Below, in pieces: positions 23,363-36,551 of a stretch of 64,000 bases of DNA (positions are counted from its first letter, which is position 1; every line of letters starts with the position of its first letter). The DNA comes from Octopus sinensis (Eukaryota). Both the position numbers and the translations under genes were made by a program. Location: assembly GCF_006345805.1 (NCBI RefSeq), contig NC_043013.1, forward strand, positions 1,488,001-1,552,000, given 5' to 3'. Below the pieces are notes generated by a model that saw only the letters and a program-made list of their open reading frames with translations, ran no database searches and had not been told where the DNA came from.

Positions 23363-25632
23363 ATATGCATGTATGTATGTATGCATGTATGCATGTATGT
23401 ATGTATGTATGTATGCATGTATGTATGTATGTATGCATGTATGTATGTATGCATGTATGTATGCATGTATGTTATGTATGTATGTATGTATGTATGTATG
23501 CATGCATGCATGTACGTATGTATGTATGTATGTATGTATGTATGCATGTACGTATGTATGTATGTATGTATGTAATGTATTTATGCATGTATGTATGTAT
23601 GTATGCATGTATGTATGTATGTATGCATGTATGTATGTATGCAGTATGTATGTATGCATGTATGTATGTATGCATGTATGCATGCATGTATGTATGCATG
23701 TATGTATGTATGTATGTATGTATGTATGCATGCATGTACGTATGTATATATGTATGTATGTATGCATGTACGTATGTATGTATGTATGTATGTATATATG
23801 CATGTATGTATGTATGTATGCATGTATGTATGTATGTATGCATGTATGTATGTATGCATGTATGTATGTATGCATGTATGCATGCATGTATGTATGCATG
23901 TATGTATGTTGTATGTATGTATGTATGTATGCATGCATGTATGTATGCATGTATGTATGTATGCATGTATGCATGCATGTATGTATGTATGTATGTATGC
24001 ATGCATGCATGTATGTATGTATGTATGTATGTACGTACGTACGTATGTATGTATGTATGTATGTATGTATGTATGTATGTATGTATGTATGCATGTATGC
24101 ATGTACGTATGTATGTATGTATGTATGTATGTATGTATGTATGTATGCATGTATGTATGTATGCATGTATGCATGCATGTATGTATGCATGTATGTATGT
24201 ATGTATGTATGTATGTATGCATGTATGTATGTATGTATATGTATGTATGTATGTATGCATGTACGTATGTATGTATGTATGTATGTATATATGCATGTAT
24301 GTATGTATGTATGCATGTATGTATGTATGTATGCATGTATGTATGTATGCATGTATGTATGTATGTATGTATGCATGCATGCATGTATGTATGTATGTAT
24401 GTCTGTATGTATGTATGTATGTATGCATGTATGTATGTATGTATGTATGTATGTATGTATGTATGCATGCATGTATGTATGTATGTATGGTATGTATGTA
24501 TGTATGTATGTATGTATGTATGCATGTATGTATGTATGTATGTATGTATGTATGCATGCATGTATGTAATGTATGTATGTATGTATGTGTGTAGTATGTA
24601 TGTATGTATGTATGTATGTATGTATGTATGTATGTATGTATGTATGTATGTATGTATGTATGTATGTGTGTATGTATGTATGTATGTATGTATGTATGTA
24701 TGTATGTATGTATGTATGTGTGTATGTATGTATGTATGCAAGTATGTATGTATGCATGTATGCATGCATGTATGTATGTATGTATGTATGTATGTATGTA
24801 TGTATGTATGTGTGTATGTATGTATGTATGTATGTGTGTATGTATGTATGTATGTATGTATGTATGTATGTATGTATGTGTGTATGTATGTATGTATGTA
24901 TGTATGTATGTGTGTATGTATGTATGTATGTGTGTATGTATGTGTGTATGTATGTGTGTATGTGTGTATGTATGTATGTATGTGTGTATGTATGTGTGTA
25001 TGTGTGTATGTATGTGTGTATGTATGTATGTATGTATGTGTGTATGTGTGTATGTATGTATGTGTGTATGTGTGTATGTATGTATGTGTGTATGTATGCA
25101 TGTATGTATGTATGTTTGTATGTATGTATGTATGTATGTATGTGTGTATGTATGTATGTGTGTATGTATGTGTGTATGTATGTGTGTATGTATGTATGTA
25201 TGTATGTATGTGTGTATGTATGTATGTATGTGTGTATGTATGTATGTATGTATGTATGTATGTGTGTATGTATGTATGTATGTATGTGTGTATGTGTGTA
25301 TGTATGTATGTATGTATGTATGTGTGTATGTATGTATGTATGTATGTATGTATGTGTGTATGTATGTGTGTATGTATGTATGTATGTATGTTGTATGTAT
25401 GTAATGTATGTATGTATGTATTATGTATGTATGTATATGTATGTATGTATATGTATGTATGTGTATGTATGTATGTATGTATGTATGTATGTATGTTGTG
25501 TATGTATGTTATGTATGTGTGTATGTATGTATGTAATGTATGTATGTATGTGTGTATATGTATGTATGTAATGTATGTATGTAATGTATGTATGTATGTT
25601 GTATGTATGTAATGTATGTATGTATGTATGTG
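23319..25632. repeat. ~2.3-kb degenerate (TATG)n array
   Basis: Directly visible, with TGCA variants in the left half and TGTG variants in the right half. Confidence 0.98.
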
Positions 25633-26322
25633 CGTGTGTTTGTGAGCATGAGTATGTATTCATTCACGCATGCTTATTAGATTGTATAGTTGTGTTGATA
25701 TAGTGTTATGTAGAATAATATATATATATGTGTGTGTGTGTGTGTGTTCCTGTACAAGAGTTATAATCCCTTAATGATAACTTTTTCTGAAATATTTTAA
25801 GAATGACTCTTGAGTTTTGAAAACCCTATGTGGCCCCCAAATCTCCGATTTTACTCTCATTCCCATTTTCTTTCTTTGCTTGCCTTCAGACTATCGTAGA
25901 ACCATTGTAACGTATCGATCAGTTTTATACCGCTCTAACCTACATTGATAACAGCCCACCGTAAACGTTATTGTTATACGTTGTGCTTGATTACTTCATC
26001 TGTACACATCCTTCTTAGTGGCCGAGTGGTTAAGAAGTTCGCTTCGTAACCACGTGGTTTCGGGTTCAGTTCCACATGTGACACCATGTCTTCTACGCCT
26101 TGTCGTCTACTGTAGCTCCGTATTGGTCAATAGTTTGTGTATTTGGTAGACGGAAACTGTGTGGCAGTACATATTATATCAATCTGTCTGCATTTTTCGG
26201 ACAATTCAGGTCTCTGTTAGTGTATATGTTTTCATTCACGTGCATTAACTATAGCATTAGGGCATTTTAGCTCTTATTTCTAGCAATGTAGGTGTTTCTT
26301 AACATCCTGGTCACATTTAGTG

Positions 26323-26690
26323 TGGAGGCGCAATAGCCTAGTGGTTAGGGCAGCGGACTCGCTGTCGTGGGATTGCGGTTTCGATTCTCAGACCGGGCGT
26401 TGTGAGTATTTATTGAGCGAAAACACCTAAAGCTCCACAAGGCTCCAGCAGGGGGTGGTGGCGAACCCTGCTGTACTCTTTCACCACAACTTTCTCTCAC
26501 TCTTTCTTCCTGTTTCTGTTGCACCTGTATTTCAAAGGGGCCAGCCTTGTCACACTGTATCTCCCCGAAAACTACGTTAAGGGTACACGTGTCCTCGGAA
26601 TGCTCAGCCACTTGCACATTAATTTCATGAGCAGGCTGTTCTATTGATCGTATCAGCTGGGACCCTCGTCGTCGTAACCGACAGAATGCT
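26323..26690 (+). mobile_element. tRNA-derived SINE, full length
   Basis: Same family as 7757-8122. Confidence 0.9.
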
Positions 26691-26902
26691 CGGCGATTTT
26701 AAGTGGAGGCGCAATGCCGTAGTAATTTATTAACTGCTTTATACATTTTCGTTTGGTATATTTAGTTAACAACAGTCTGCTACTTCTTTGAAATATATTA
26801 TCATTGCTTGGATTATTATCACTCAGAACATTGAGTAATAATGAGCTCCAAAATTAGGATAATGAGATCACCAGTGATCTCAATAGTCCTGTGAACCTGT
26901 GT

Positions 26903-27299
26903 AAGGCGGTGAGCTGGCAGAAACGTTAGCACGCCGGGCGAAATGCGTAGCCGTATTTCGTTTGCCGTTACGTTCTGAGTTCAAATTCCGCCGAGGTCGG
27001 CCTTACCTTTCGTCCTTTCGGGGTCGATAAATTAAGTACCAGTTACGCACAGGGATCGATATAATCGACTTAATCCGTTTGTCTGTCCTTGTTTGTCCTC
27101 TCTGTGTTTAGCCCCTTGTGGGTAGTAAAGAAATAGGTATTTCGTTTGTCTTTACGTTCTGAGTTCAAATTTCGCCGTGGTCGACTTTGCCTTCCATCCT
27201 TTCGGAGTCGATAAATAAGTACCAGTTGCGTACTGGGATCGATCTAATAGACTGGCTCCCTCCCCCCAAATTTCGAGCCTTGTGCCTAGAGTAGAAAAG
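26903..27299 (+). mobile_element. Dimeric SINE
   Basis: GGCGGTGAGCTGGCAGAAACGTTAGCAC head, two central domains, ends GTGCCTAGAGTAGAAAAGA. Confidence 0.88.
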
Positions 27300-27732
27300 A
27301 TTCCTGTGCGCCTGTGAGACATGGACAGTGACAGCAGAAATTGAAAGAAGAATCCAGGCTACAGAGAGGAAATGTTTCAGGGGACTTTTGGGAATATCAT
27401 ACGGAGATCGAGTCACAAATGTGGAAGTGAGAAGAAGAATAAGGCAGGGAGTAGGGCCCTTTGAGGAGCTCTCTTACCACAGTAAAGAAACGAACGTTCT
27501 GATGGTTTGGGCATGTCACCCGGTCATCAGGGATGGCCAAAACATTCCTCCAGGGAACAGTCAAAGGTGGGAGAAGCAGACAAAGAAAGAGGTGGGGAAA
27601 CAATATCTGCGAGTGGACAGGCCTAAAGATGAGAGATGCAGTACGGGAGGTAGAAGGAAGGGACGGGTGGAGACGTCTGGTCGCAAGGTCACCAGTGTTG
27701 CCCCAACTGTCAGCCAGACTACGGATTTATAA
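27300..27732 (+). mobile_element. 5'-truncated RTE LINE (C-terminal ORF region)
   Basis: ACETWTVTAEIERRIQATERKCFRGLLGISYGDRVTNVEVRRRI..WFGHVTR..MAKTFLQGTVKGGR..RKRW..NICEWTG is a typical RTE 3' region; one frameshift. Confidence 0.88.
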
Positions 27733-27740
27733 AAGATAGT

Positions 27741-28110
27741 GCCGCCGAGGTCGACTTTGCCTTTCATCATTTCAGGGTTGATAAAATAGGTACCAGTTAT
27801 GTACTGGGGTCGATGTAATCGATTTACTCGCTCTAGCGAAATTGCTGACGTTGTGCTAAAATTTGGGACCAATATTATGATAGACTTTAAAGTGGCGATC
27901 TGGCAGAATGGTTACCGCACAGAGCAAAACGCTTAGCGGCATTTCGTCCATCTTTACGCTCTGAGTTCAAATGCTGCCGAGGTCGACTTTGTCTTTCATC
28001 CTTTCAAAGTTGACGAAATTAGTAGCAATTGAGTATTGGGGTCGATGTTATCGAGTAGCCACCCCGCCCTAAAATTTCAGGCCTTGTGCCTAGAATAGAA
28101 ACAATTATTA
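27741..28110 (+). mobile_element. Two further SINE copies (one 5'-truncated, one monomeric tail-B)
   Basis: Central domain and tail-B sequences at 27741-27875 and 27885-28110. Confidence 0.75.
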
Positions 28111-28630
28111 CTAAAAAAGAATTTTGAAATTAAAAAAATATTTTCTATCATACACAGAAAACCTTTATTTGAATATTTTCTTTTTTTTTTTTTTCCTATG
28201 AATGATTTCACGATTCCAAGCACCTACAAAATTTAGCCGTTGTTTGCTTTTTAAGAATCCTAACAAATTTTCGTGAATCCTTCTTTCTCATCCTATATAT
28301 TAGTTTTATATTCTGTAGTATTACCCCAGTTTGAAAAGCCGATCACGGCAACATTTAAAGTTTCAATCACCTTCATTTTGGAACAAGTAACAACGTTCTA
28401 CTTTCGATATTACGCATTTATAAGGTGGCGAGTTCAAATTCTGCCAATGTCGACCCTACCTTTTATATTTTCGTGGTCGACAAAATAAGTACTGGGTCCG
28501 TTGTAATCGACTAGCCCCCTCCCCCCAAATTTCTGGCCTTGTGCCAAAATTTGAAACCGATATTGAGTCAGCTTTCTATAAATGTATTTATGTATTTAAA
28601 TGTTAAATAACATACACATACACATAGATA

Positions 28631-28685
<55 letters not shown>

Positions 28686-29573
28686 ACGAGTATGGCATCG
28701 AAGTGTCAGAGACGTTAGAATATCAGAGAAAGTACGTGAAGTAAATGATTCCCGCATTCTAAGTTCAAATTCCGCTTAAGTCAATTTGCCTTTAATCTTT
28801 TTCGGGGCCCAGAAATAACGCATCAGTCGAGAGTAGTGGATTGGTGGAATGCTAAAACATTGGATGAGATTCTTTGCAGTATCTACTTCACTTCTGCTTG
28901 ATTTGAATTCAAATTCCGCTTCCTGTCACCAGTAAGTGTCTTACGTCAGCACAGCAGCTGCCCGGAGAGGATGCAAAACGACGTTGAAATCCTATGCACT
29001 CAACAAAAACACCCACATAATTTAAAACCAATATTGTTTAATCGTTTGGAAAATGTATAAAGAAAAAGAAGTAGTCTTAGAGGCTCAGCAGACATTTTAT
29101 ACTCGTTAATTTGGAACTCCGCAAGAAAATGTAAGGTTATAAGACTTTTATTTGGAAATTGGTTCAAAAATTTCGTCTTAAGACTGAAAGATATCTTAAG
29201 TTTATGAATTTAGCTTTTATAATTTTCATAATTCTGGACAATAGTTAGAGACACCCAACTGCTCTTGATGACTTGTGTCGAATACGACATCAGTGTTTCG
29301 GTGAATAGATCGAGGGGTGATAGTAACATTCAAAGCCTACTCATACAAAACATTTGCCTCGGCTATTGAAAAAATATAAGGGGAGAAAATGCAATAATTT
29401 TACTGACAATAGTATGAACTTCAGATACATTTATGTGTGTGTATGTGCGAGCGACAGTGAAAGAACGAAGAGCCTAAGTTATGCACTATTTAATGAGGGA
29501 TAGTAAAGAAAAAGGGGAAAAAATGGAGGAACTGTTTACTTAAACAATTGCAGCGTGGGAGGTGTTTATAAGC

Positions 29574-29749
29574 CATTTAAAAACACACACAAAAACCGTT
29601 AGATTCACTTCAACATTTAAATTTAATTTGAGACCGCGACCTGATCACTAATCAGTGAACAGGTCGCGATCTCAAAGCGACAAAAATGTATTGACAAATT
29701 AAATTTAAATGTTGAAGTGAATCTAACGATTTTTGTGTGTTTTTAAATG
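29574..29749. repeat. Nested long inverted repeat
   Basis: ~55-bp near-perfect outer arms at 29574-29630 and 29695-29749, plus an inner hairpin at 29627-29676. Confidence 0.9.
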
Positions 29750-29984
29750 ACCACGATCTCAGGTCAGGTCACTTGCTATGCAAGTAAATTTCCGTAATGT
29801 CTACTTAAATTTCCAGACAAAATATCAAAGTGTGATTCAAATTTTCTAGTATTTGTAATCAAAATTGACAGGATGTGATAGATAACACTAACTGAACGCT
29901 TCTAGCTGGAAATGAAAGAATGGCGACAATGTTAAGGATCGAACATACAGTAAAGGAAATGTGAATTGCTTGATTCGTGAAGGC

Positions 29985-30400
29985 AGGGCTGTTCGGCTAG
30001 GAAGTTCAAATTTGTATCTACGTGCTTTCGGGTTCAATATAACCACAAGGCACTTCTAATAAAGCCTCGGACAGACCAGTCCCTTTGGATTGAATCAAGT
30101 AGACGGAAACAGTACGGAAACATACATACATATGCATACATACACATACACACTAATGCGCGTGTGTGTATGTGTATGTGTGTGCGTGTGTGTGTGTCTG
30201 TGTTTGTGATTGTCTCCTCAAAGCCGCTTGACAACCGATGTTGGTATGTTTGCATCCCCATAGCTTACGGTTAAGCAAAAGACACCGACAGAATAAGTAC
30301 TAGACTTAAAAATAAATAAATCCTGGGGTCGATTTGTTTGACTAAAGCCTTCAGACGATGACCCATAATGGTCGTCATCCAATGACTGAAACAAGGAAAT
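29985..30400 (+). mobile_element. tRNA-derived SINE with internal (TG)n and CR1-like 3' tail
   Basis: Head remnant, GGTAGACGGAAAC block, CGCTTGACAACCGATG block and AATGACTGAAAC terminus; related pieces at 1-110 and 43860-43975. Confidence 0.7.
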
Positions 30401-31249
30401 ATCAAAAGACATAAATAAGTTTAAGGCCTTACTTTTTTGCGGGGAGGAAATACATTAAAATCACAAAAATATGAAAAGGTTTCGAAATTACAAAAAAAAA
30501 ACAAGAGAAGACGTGAAGCTGTCTTTCAACTCACAGAAATGGCGTTATAGATATAAATGTTATCATTGCTTTTTTTGTAAGGACGAAAAAATGCATCAGA
30601 TTCTCTTGTTGAATTGAAACAAAAGCAACGTATTTCATCTTCCGTGATTATTAGCAAATAAATTTCAACTGCATCATTTCATCTTTCTATATTATTAGAG
30701 ACGCTGTTTTGACATTTCATGTCATATTCGCAGCAACAAGTTCCAGAAAAGTTGTAACTAAATTACCCACAGCTGACAGCAAAGATATTCCACGGTAGTT
30801 ATCACGAAATACCTTACAACTGTTCTTGAAAGGAGATATTCAAATGACATCTCTCCAGTTTTACTGCGATTCTCCATTTCGACCACACATATTGGAATAT
30901 AATAATTTTCCCGTTACATTTCTTTATTGTTTTAGAAAAAATGCCACATTTTTTCCCGGTGCTTTAACCGCTCTCGATCAGTCTTACATACAATTTCTGT
31001 TTCATTGAGATCAAGCTCATTAATATTAGTTTCAAATTTTACCACAAGGACAGCCATTATGGAGGAGGAAATGAGTCGATTGCTTCGACCTTAGTGTTTC
31101 ACTGGTTTTAAATTTATCGACCCCCAAACGATGAAAGGCAAAGTTGACATCGGCGAAATTTGAACTCAGAACGTAGCGTCAGACGACGCTAAGCATTTTG
31201 CTCGGCATGCAAACGAATCTGCCAGCACGTCGTCTTATCAAGCGCATTA

Positions 31250-31870
31250 ACAATGGCAGCTGATTCCATTTCATCTGCCGCATCTCAGCTAATGTCCAAA
31301 ACACGTTTCAATGATTCACTTATAATGTTCTTACCACTGTTTCTTAATCTCGCGTAGTTTTTAAAGCAGTCCAGGTGTATCCTTTGACTGCAACGGAACA
31401 GACGAAGACCATGTCGAGCCACATATAAGAATTTTGAGTTCTTTTCTTGCCTGAGGATGTTTAAACCTGATGGGCTTTTATTTTATTCCACCCGTCACTT
31501 TTGCTGTCCTTATAATTTCTCTAAATCTTGGTCTTACAATTTGAAAATTCTTTTCTAGCTGTTTTCTTTACTCTTCTAGAAGTCCATAGATTAAGCATTT
31601 GTCTAAAGATAGCGTTCTTCTTGTTTAACAGGCTTGCAAAAAGAAGCAGATAGTTTTTTGTGAACTAACATTGTTCCTATGTGGTAGAAGCAGTTTGGAT
31701 AAGTTTTGAGATGAAATGCGAACATTGGTCTTTTGAGTACGATCAGTAGCCTGAATTTCTTCATGCTGCCATTCGAGCTTTTCTAAGCTGGAACCAATTA
31801 ATTTATTCTGGGACTTATGCAATCTCGTGCTGAATTTTTCGACGAATACATACAAAAACAAAAACAAACC
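31250..31870 (-). mobile_element. Possible Penelope-like N-terminal remnant
   Basis: SPSGLNILRQ..NIISESLKRVLDIS*DAADEMES weakly resembles the PLE pre-RT region. Confidence 0.3.
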
Positions 31871-32659
31871 CTAATCAGTGACCATCCGTCAAACACTCAG
31901 ACACCCTTATGTCTTTAGCAGAACTTCGTGAACATCTTTACGTCTGACAATGACGCGGACGAGAATATACCAATGACCGGAGGAACACGAACGCTTTGAA
32001 TTAGTCTTGTATCTGTCTTTCTGTCTAAACCAAGTATTAACTCTCAGTAGATCAAATTCTTGGTGCTAGTGTAGAAGAAGAAAACCTTACAGGTTATTAC
32101 AATATTTAATTCCATGACAAGTTCATACTGAAGAAACAGCAATGCCGACACCAGCTTCTCCACATTACTAGTAAGTTCTTTTTTTTAAAAGATGGTGTAA
32201 CTGGAAACGACTTGATGGTTTTGTGCCAAAATTTGGAATCAATAATACTTTTATTTCCCCTGCAAAAACAGGACAACTGCTAGCTTCGGGTTGCTGGCCA
32301 ATTTCAAATTGGGTATGTTTTCTACATGCTCTCTAACTGGCAATTGAACAGTGTTATCTCTGAAAATGACTGTTCAGTCACGTGAAGAACTGCTGAATCT
32401 CCCTGCTTTGATAGTTTGGAAAAAAAAGTGACCAACCCACTCAAGCCGCCTACCTGAAGGTTTTCCAACTTATCAAGTTTATATTTCACTCCTCGCCGAC
32501 GCCGCTAGATATTATCACGTTGTCCTTTGTGGCTTACATACATACAAACGTACATACATACACATGCACACACATACATAAATACATACATACATACATA
32601 CATACATACATACATACACGCACACACACACACACATACATTCATACATAAATTCATAC

Positions 32660-33200
32660 CACCAAACCATGTTTTCATAAAAAATGTCGGCTCTGCTATA
32701 ACAGCTGCTCTAAAATGCCTACGAGATTCTATCCGCCCCTGAGGCATGGTATAGGTGCAAATACTATTTACAGTGCTACCCGTAGGAAGGATTGCTCGGC
32801 CGTATACATCAAAGCCATCTTAGAACCAGTAGGTTTTGGGGGCAGTAGAACACCCCACTCCCCCTCAAAAAACCATCAATTCAGTGCAAACATGACAAAC
32901 CTAATATTGTTCTGTGGGACACGGAACAAAAGTCATGCTGCTGTAGAGGTCAGCTGCCCAGCGGGTGTGAACGTTTATGACGAATTAGTGGCGGGGGATT
33001 TACTGTTCTTCTAAACCTGACAATGGCTTCTCGTTTGTACTTATCATTATAGCTGCATTAGGTTATGTACCGATAGATTTTCACAAAAAACATAGACACA
33101 CTCGGTTTCCCGTAGAAAGAGTAAAAGAAACTGACGTAGATTCCCCGAATCCAACCTGTTAGTGGCACAGTGAAGGTTTGTAAGACATTCCCAAACTTTT
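32660..33200 (+). mobile_element. Decayed RLE retrotransposon 3' region, same subtype as 61870-63845
   Basis: RFYPPLRHGIGANTIY, ANMTNLILF..AAVEVSCPAGVNV (degenerate PD..E/D.xP nuclease), IIIAALGYVP and terminal SGTVKVCKTF. Confidence 0.7.
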
Positions 33201-33459
33201 CCATCTGAGATTCTTATATGAATAGATGCACACCCTTGTGTGCATGCATCCACAGTTCAACCAATACACCATCTCAACCACATACTTACAAACACTGAGA
33301 ACTCTCTTAATGCAAAAAGTTTTGTTGCATTGTTCGCATCCAGCTTGAAATCTCTCAAGAAGAACTTAAATGAAACTCAAAGAAAAATCATACATGCATG
33401 CATGTACAGGCGCAGGCCTCTGGCTGCGAACTATTATAAAGCACAGAAATTGTAAAAGC

Positions 33460-33880
33460 GATGATAGGCATGTAGCAAAGTATGTCACTGTGATTCTTGT
33501 GAATCGGGATTACTGTCAGCTAGTAATATATCAGTTGCTGTGAAAGGAATTGAGCCCTGACACGTCTCTTTCGTTGACAGTGGAACAATAAGGTAATGGT
33601 GGAAGTTGAGAAATAGGGTCACACTTAGTTGTCTAGAACAACGAAAAATATATATTAAAAAAATCAAATATAACATCAAATGAAAACAAATACCAGAATG
33701 CAATGCTTGAAGCACTTTGTGCAGTTTGGGGTCTACAAATTTTCGTGTCCGCCGATCACTTCGATGTATCACGCGCACACGATTTACTGCTATCACAGAA
33801 TAATACATGTTAGCTTTGGTACCAAACCAATAGCCTCCAAGACGGAACCCATTATTGAATTTATGAACTCGACAATTCAA
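33460..33880 (-). mobile_element. Highly decayed RTE-like RT remnant
   Basis: SVLEAIGLVPKLTCII, KHCILVFVF and TDILLADS resemble the RT motif series; many stops. Confidence 0.3.
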
Positions 33881-34550
33881 TATGGTACACCCTAGAAATG
33901 ATTATAATGCAATACAATATCTTAATACTGAGTATCAGATACGAAATTCGTGCTGCATAAACTCATGGAACAAACATGAGCACCAAATGTAAAATGTTTA
34001 GAAATCAGATTACAATGTTTGGAGAACAGAATGTAAAAAACTTTAGCATAAACAGCTTCAGTTTTTCGATTCACACAATTTCAAGGCGCACAATATGAAT
34101 CACAAGTTTAAATACATCCATTAATGTAATAATCACGTTGCTAATGAGTCTATCAGCCGCACATCTGCTGAGAATGAGTACTTAGGTGCATATTATTGGC
34201 AAGACTACCATTTCAAGGTAGAGAAAGTAATCCAAGAACAATATCATTCCGCTGTTACGTTTTTGTGTACATTAATGGTTCAGTGACTCGAAATAGCGAC
34301 GTCGATTGACATTATGGTTCATGAAAGTCTTCAGGTATCGTAGGGACTCTGTTTAATTGAAAGGTCCCTAACCAGGTTAGTTGTTAGGTGAGCAGGGAGT
34401 TGTTGAAGCATGCTGAGATTTGGAGGTAGGAATATATAATTTCGAGCACTGGCTGCATCTAGTTAGGAAACAGAGGACTGAGTTATGGGAGAAGCCTTGT
34501 GGTTCACGCTTTTATGACCTTGGGGCTCTATTCATGGAGCTGTAGACAAA

Positions 34551-34613
<63 letters not shown>

Positions 34614-35039
34614 GGGAAGGAAAGGGGAAAATATGGGCGTGTGTGTTTGTGTTTGTGTCTGTAGGTGTGTATGTTCGTGTGTATGTATACATACACAAAC
34701 ACACACACATGACGTTTATTTTGCCACACATTGCAATCGTGTCTCAATTTGTTGAGTATTGTAAAGCGAATAATAAAATTCAAAGCACCTTTGTCAGAAG
34801 GGTGAATCGAAACACAGAAATTAAGTAACGATTAACCTTATTTAGTACTTAAAAACAGAGATGCTGTAACTTTCGAAACATATAATGAAGATGCAAAATT
34901 TAGTAGAAAGCTATGACCGTTGTTGCCCGTAATTAATCAGGAAAATTGATTAGAAAAAAATTAAAGAAATCAAATGAGCTATAGATAGGTAGGTGCTCGA
35001 AAGATAGAAAGTTATTAACGTCAAATTAGTCTTTATAGA

Positions 35040-35405
35040 AGGCGGCGAGCTGGCAGAAACGTTAGCACGCTGGGCGAAATGCTTAGCAGTATTTCGTCTG
35101 CCGCTACTTTCTGAGTTCAAATTCCGCCGAGGTCGACTTTGCCTTTCATCCTTTCGGAGTCGACTAAATAAGTACCAGTTACGCACAGGGGTCGATGTAA
35201 TCGACTTAATCCGTTTGTCTGTCCTTGTTTGTCCCCTCTGTGTTTAGACCCTTGTGGGTAGTAAAGAAATAGGTATTTCGTCTGTCTTTACGTTCTGAGT
35301 TCAAATTCCGCCGCGGTCGACATGGCCTTTCATCCTTTCGGGGTCGATCTAATCGACTGGCCTCTCCCCTAAAATTTCGGGCCTTGTGCCTAGAGTAGAA
35401 AAGAA
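35040..35405 (+). mobile_element. Dimeric SINE
   Basis: Same two-monomer architecture as 26903-27299. Confidence 0.88.
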
Positions 35406-36399
35406 ATTGGTCTTTATGGATATGTGTAGGAGTATGAAGGAGAAGAGAGACAGGAAGAAGGAAAATAAATAGAAGACAGAAAAGCTATGGATGACTTAAA
35501 TATAGACAAAAGTGGAGGCGCGTGGCTTCGATTACCAGACCGGCTGTACATTGTGTCCTTGAGCAAAACACTTCATTCCCCGTTGCTTCACTCCACCCAA
35601 TTGTGAATGGGTAATCCTGCGACGGATTGGCGTACGAGGGTGAAATGGCGACTCAGGAAATTCCCGCGAACGGAGGTCACGCGAGCCACATTTTGCATTC
35701 AGCGAGCGAAAGGATGAATAATACAACCCGTTCTGTGAATCCCGACCGGTTGGGATTGGTCGTTCAACCATGTCGAAGGTCAATCAAATCAATCATATAA
35801 TAAAAAAGCAAAACTGGTACAACTAAAGTATGATGAAGTTGTCGTTTCGAATCTCTTGCATGAACCATTTCGGAATAATAATATTACGTAATATCGTTCA
35901 GTACAGAGAAGGTGGTGAGATGGCGGAACGCAGGGCAACATATTGGCGGCATTTCGTCCGTCTACACGTTCTGAGTTCAGATTCAGTTGAAGTCGTCAGA
36001 GCCGATAAAATAAGTCCCAGTTGAGCACTGGGGATCGATCTAATCTACTAACCCCATCCCCCGAAATTGCTGGCCTTGTGCCATAATTTGAAACCAATAT
36101 TACACAACACATAATATTTATGTACCGTTTGTGTATAAAACTGAAAGATGGAATTATTGTGTGATTATCTAAATGAAAATAGTGTTAGTTCAATTTTGAC
36201 CATGTTAAATTCATTCTTAGCGTAATTCAATCCGGGGAACAAGTCTTATAAGAGTAACGATGAACATTTCTATAGCAATACGTAGTGGGAAATTACTGCA
36301 CAGTTTCTTAAGATCAGTAGCTCTGAACCGGAATCCATACAAGATTTCATTGTTAAAATTTGTGTGCAATAAATTGCTTATACCTCCAAAATACCTCAA

Positions 36400-36551
36400 T
36401 TATCTTAATTTTTAAAAAAATGTAATTCCTAATAATATTTGATTATAAACGTATAATAGGATTTTAAAAACATGGAATGGTTATGAGGGTCCACTCGAGT
36501 AAAACAGGAATCAAATGGGTCCAAAAGTAAAAAAACCGGTTGTGAACCACT
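36400..36551. mobile_element. Possible hAT-type MITE end
   Basis: Ends GGTTGTGAACCACT, resembling the reverse complement of a CAGTGGTTCTCAACC hAT TIR, preceded by repeated GGGTCCA subterminal motifs. Confidence 0.35.
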
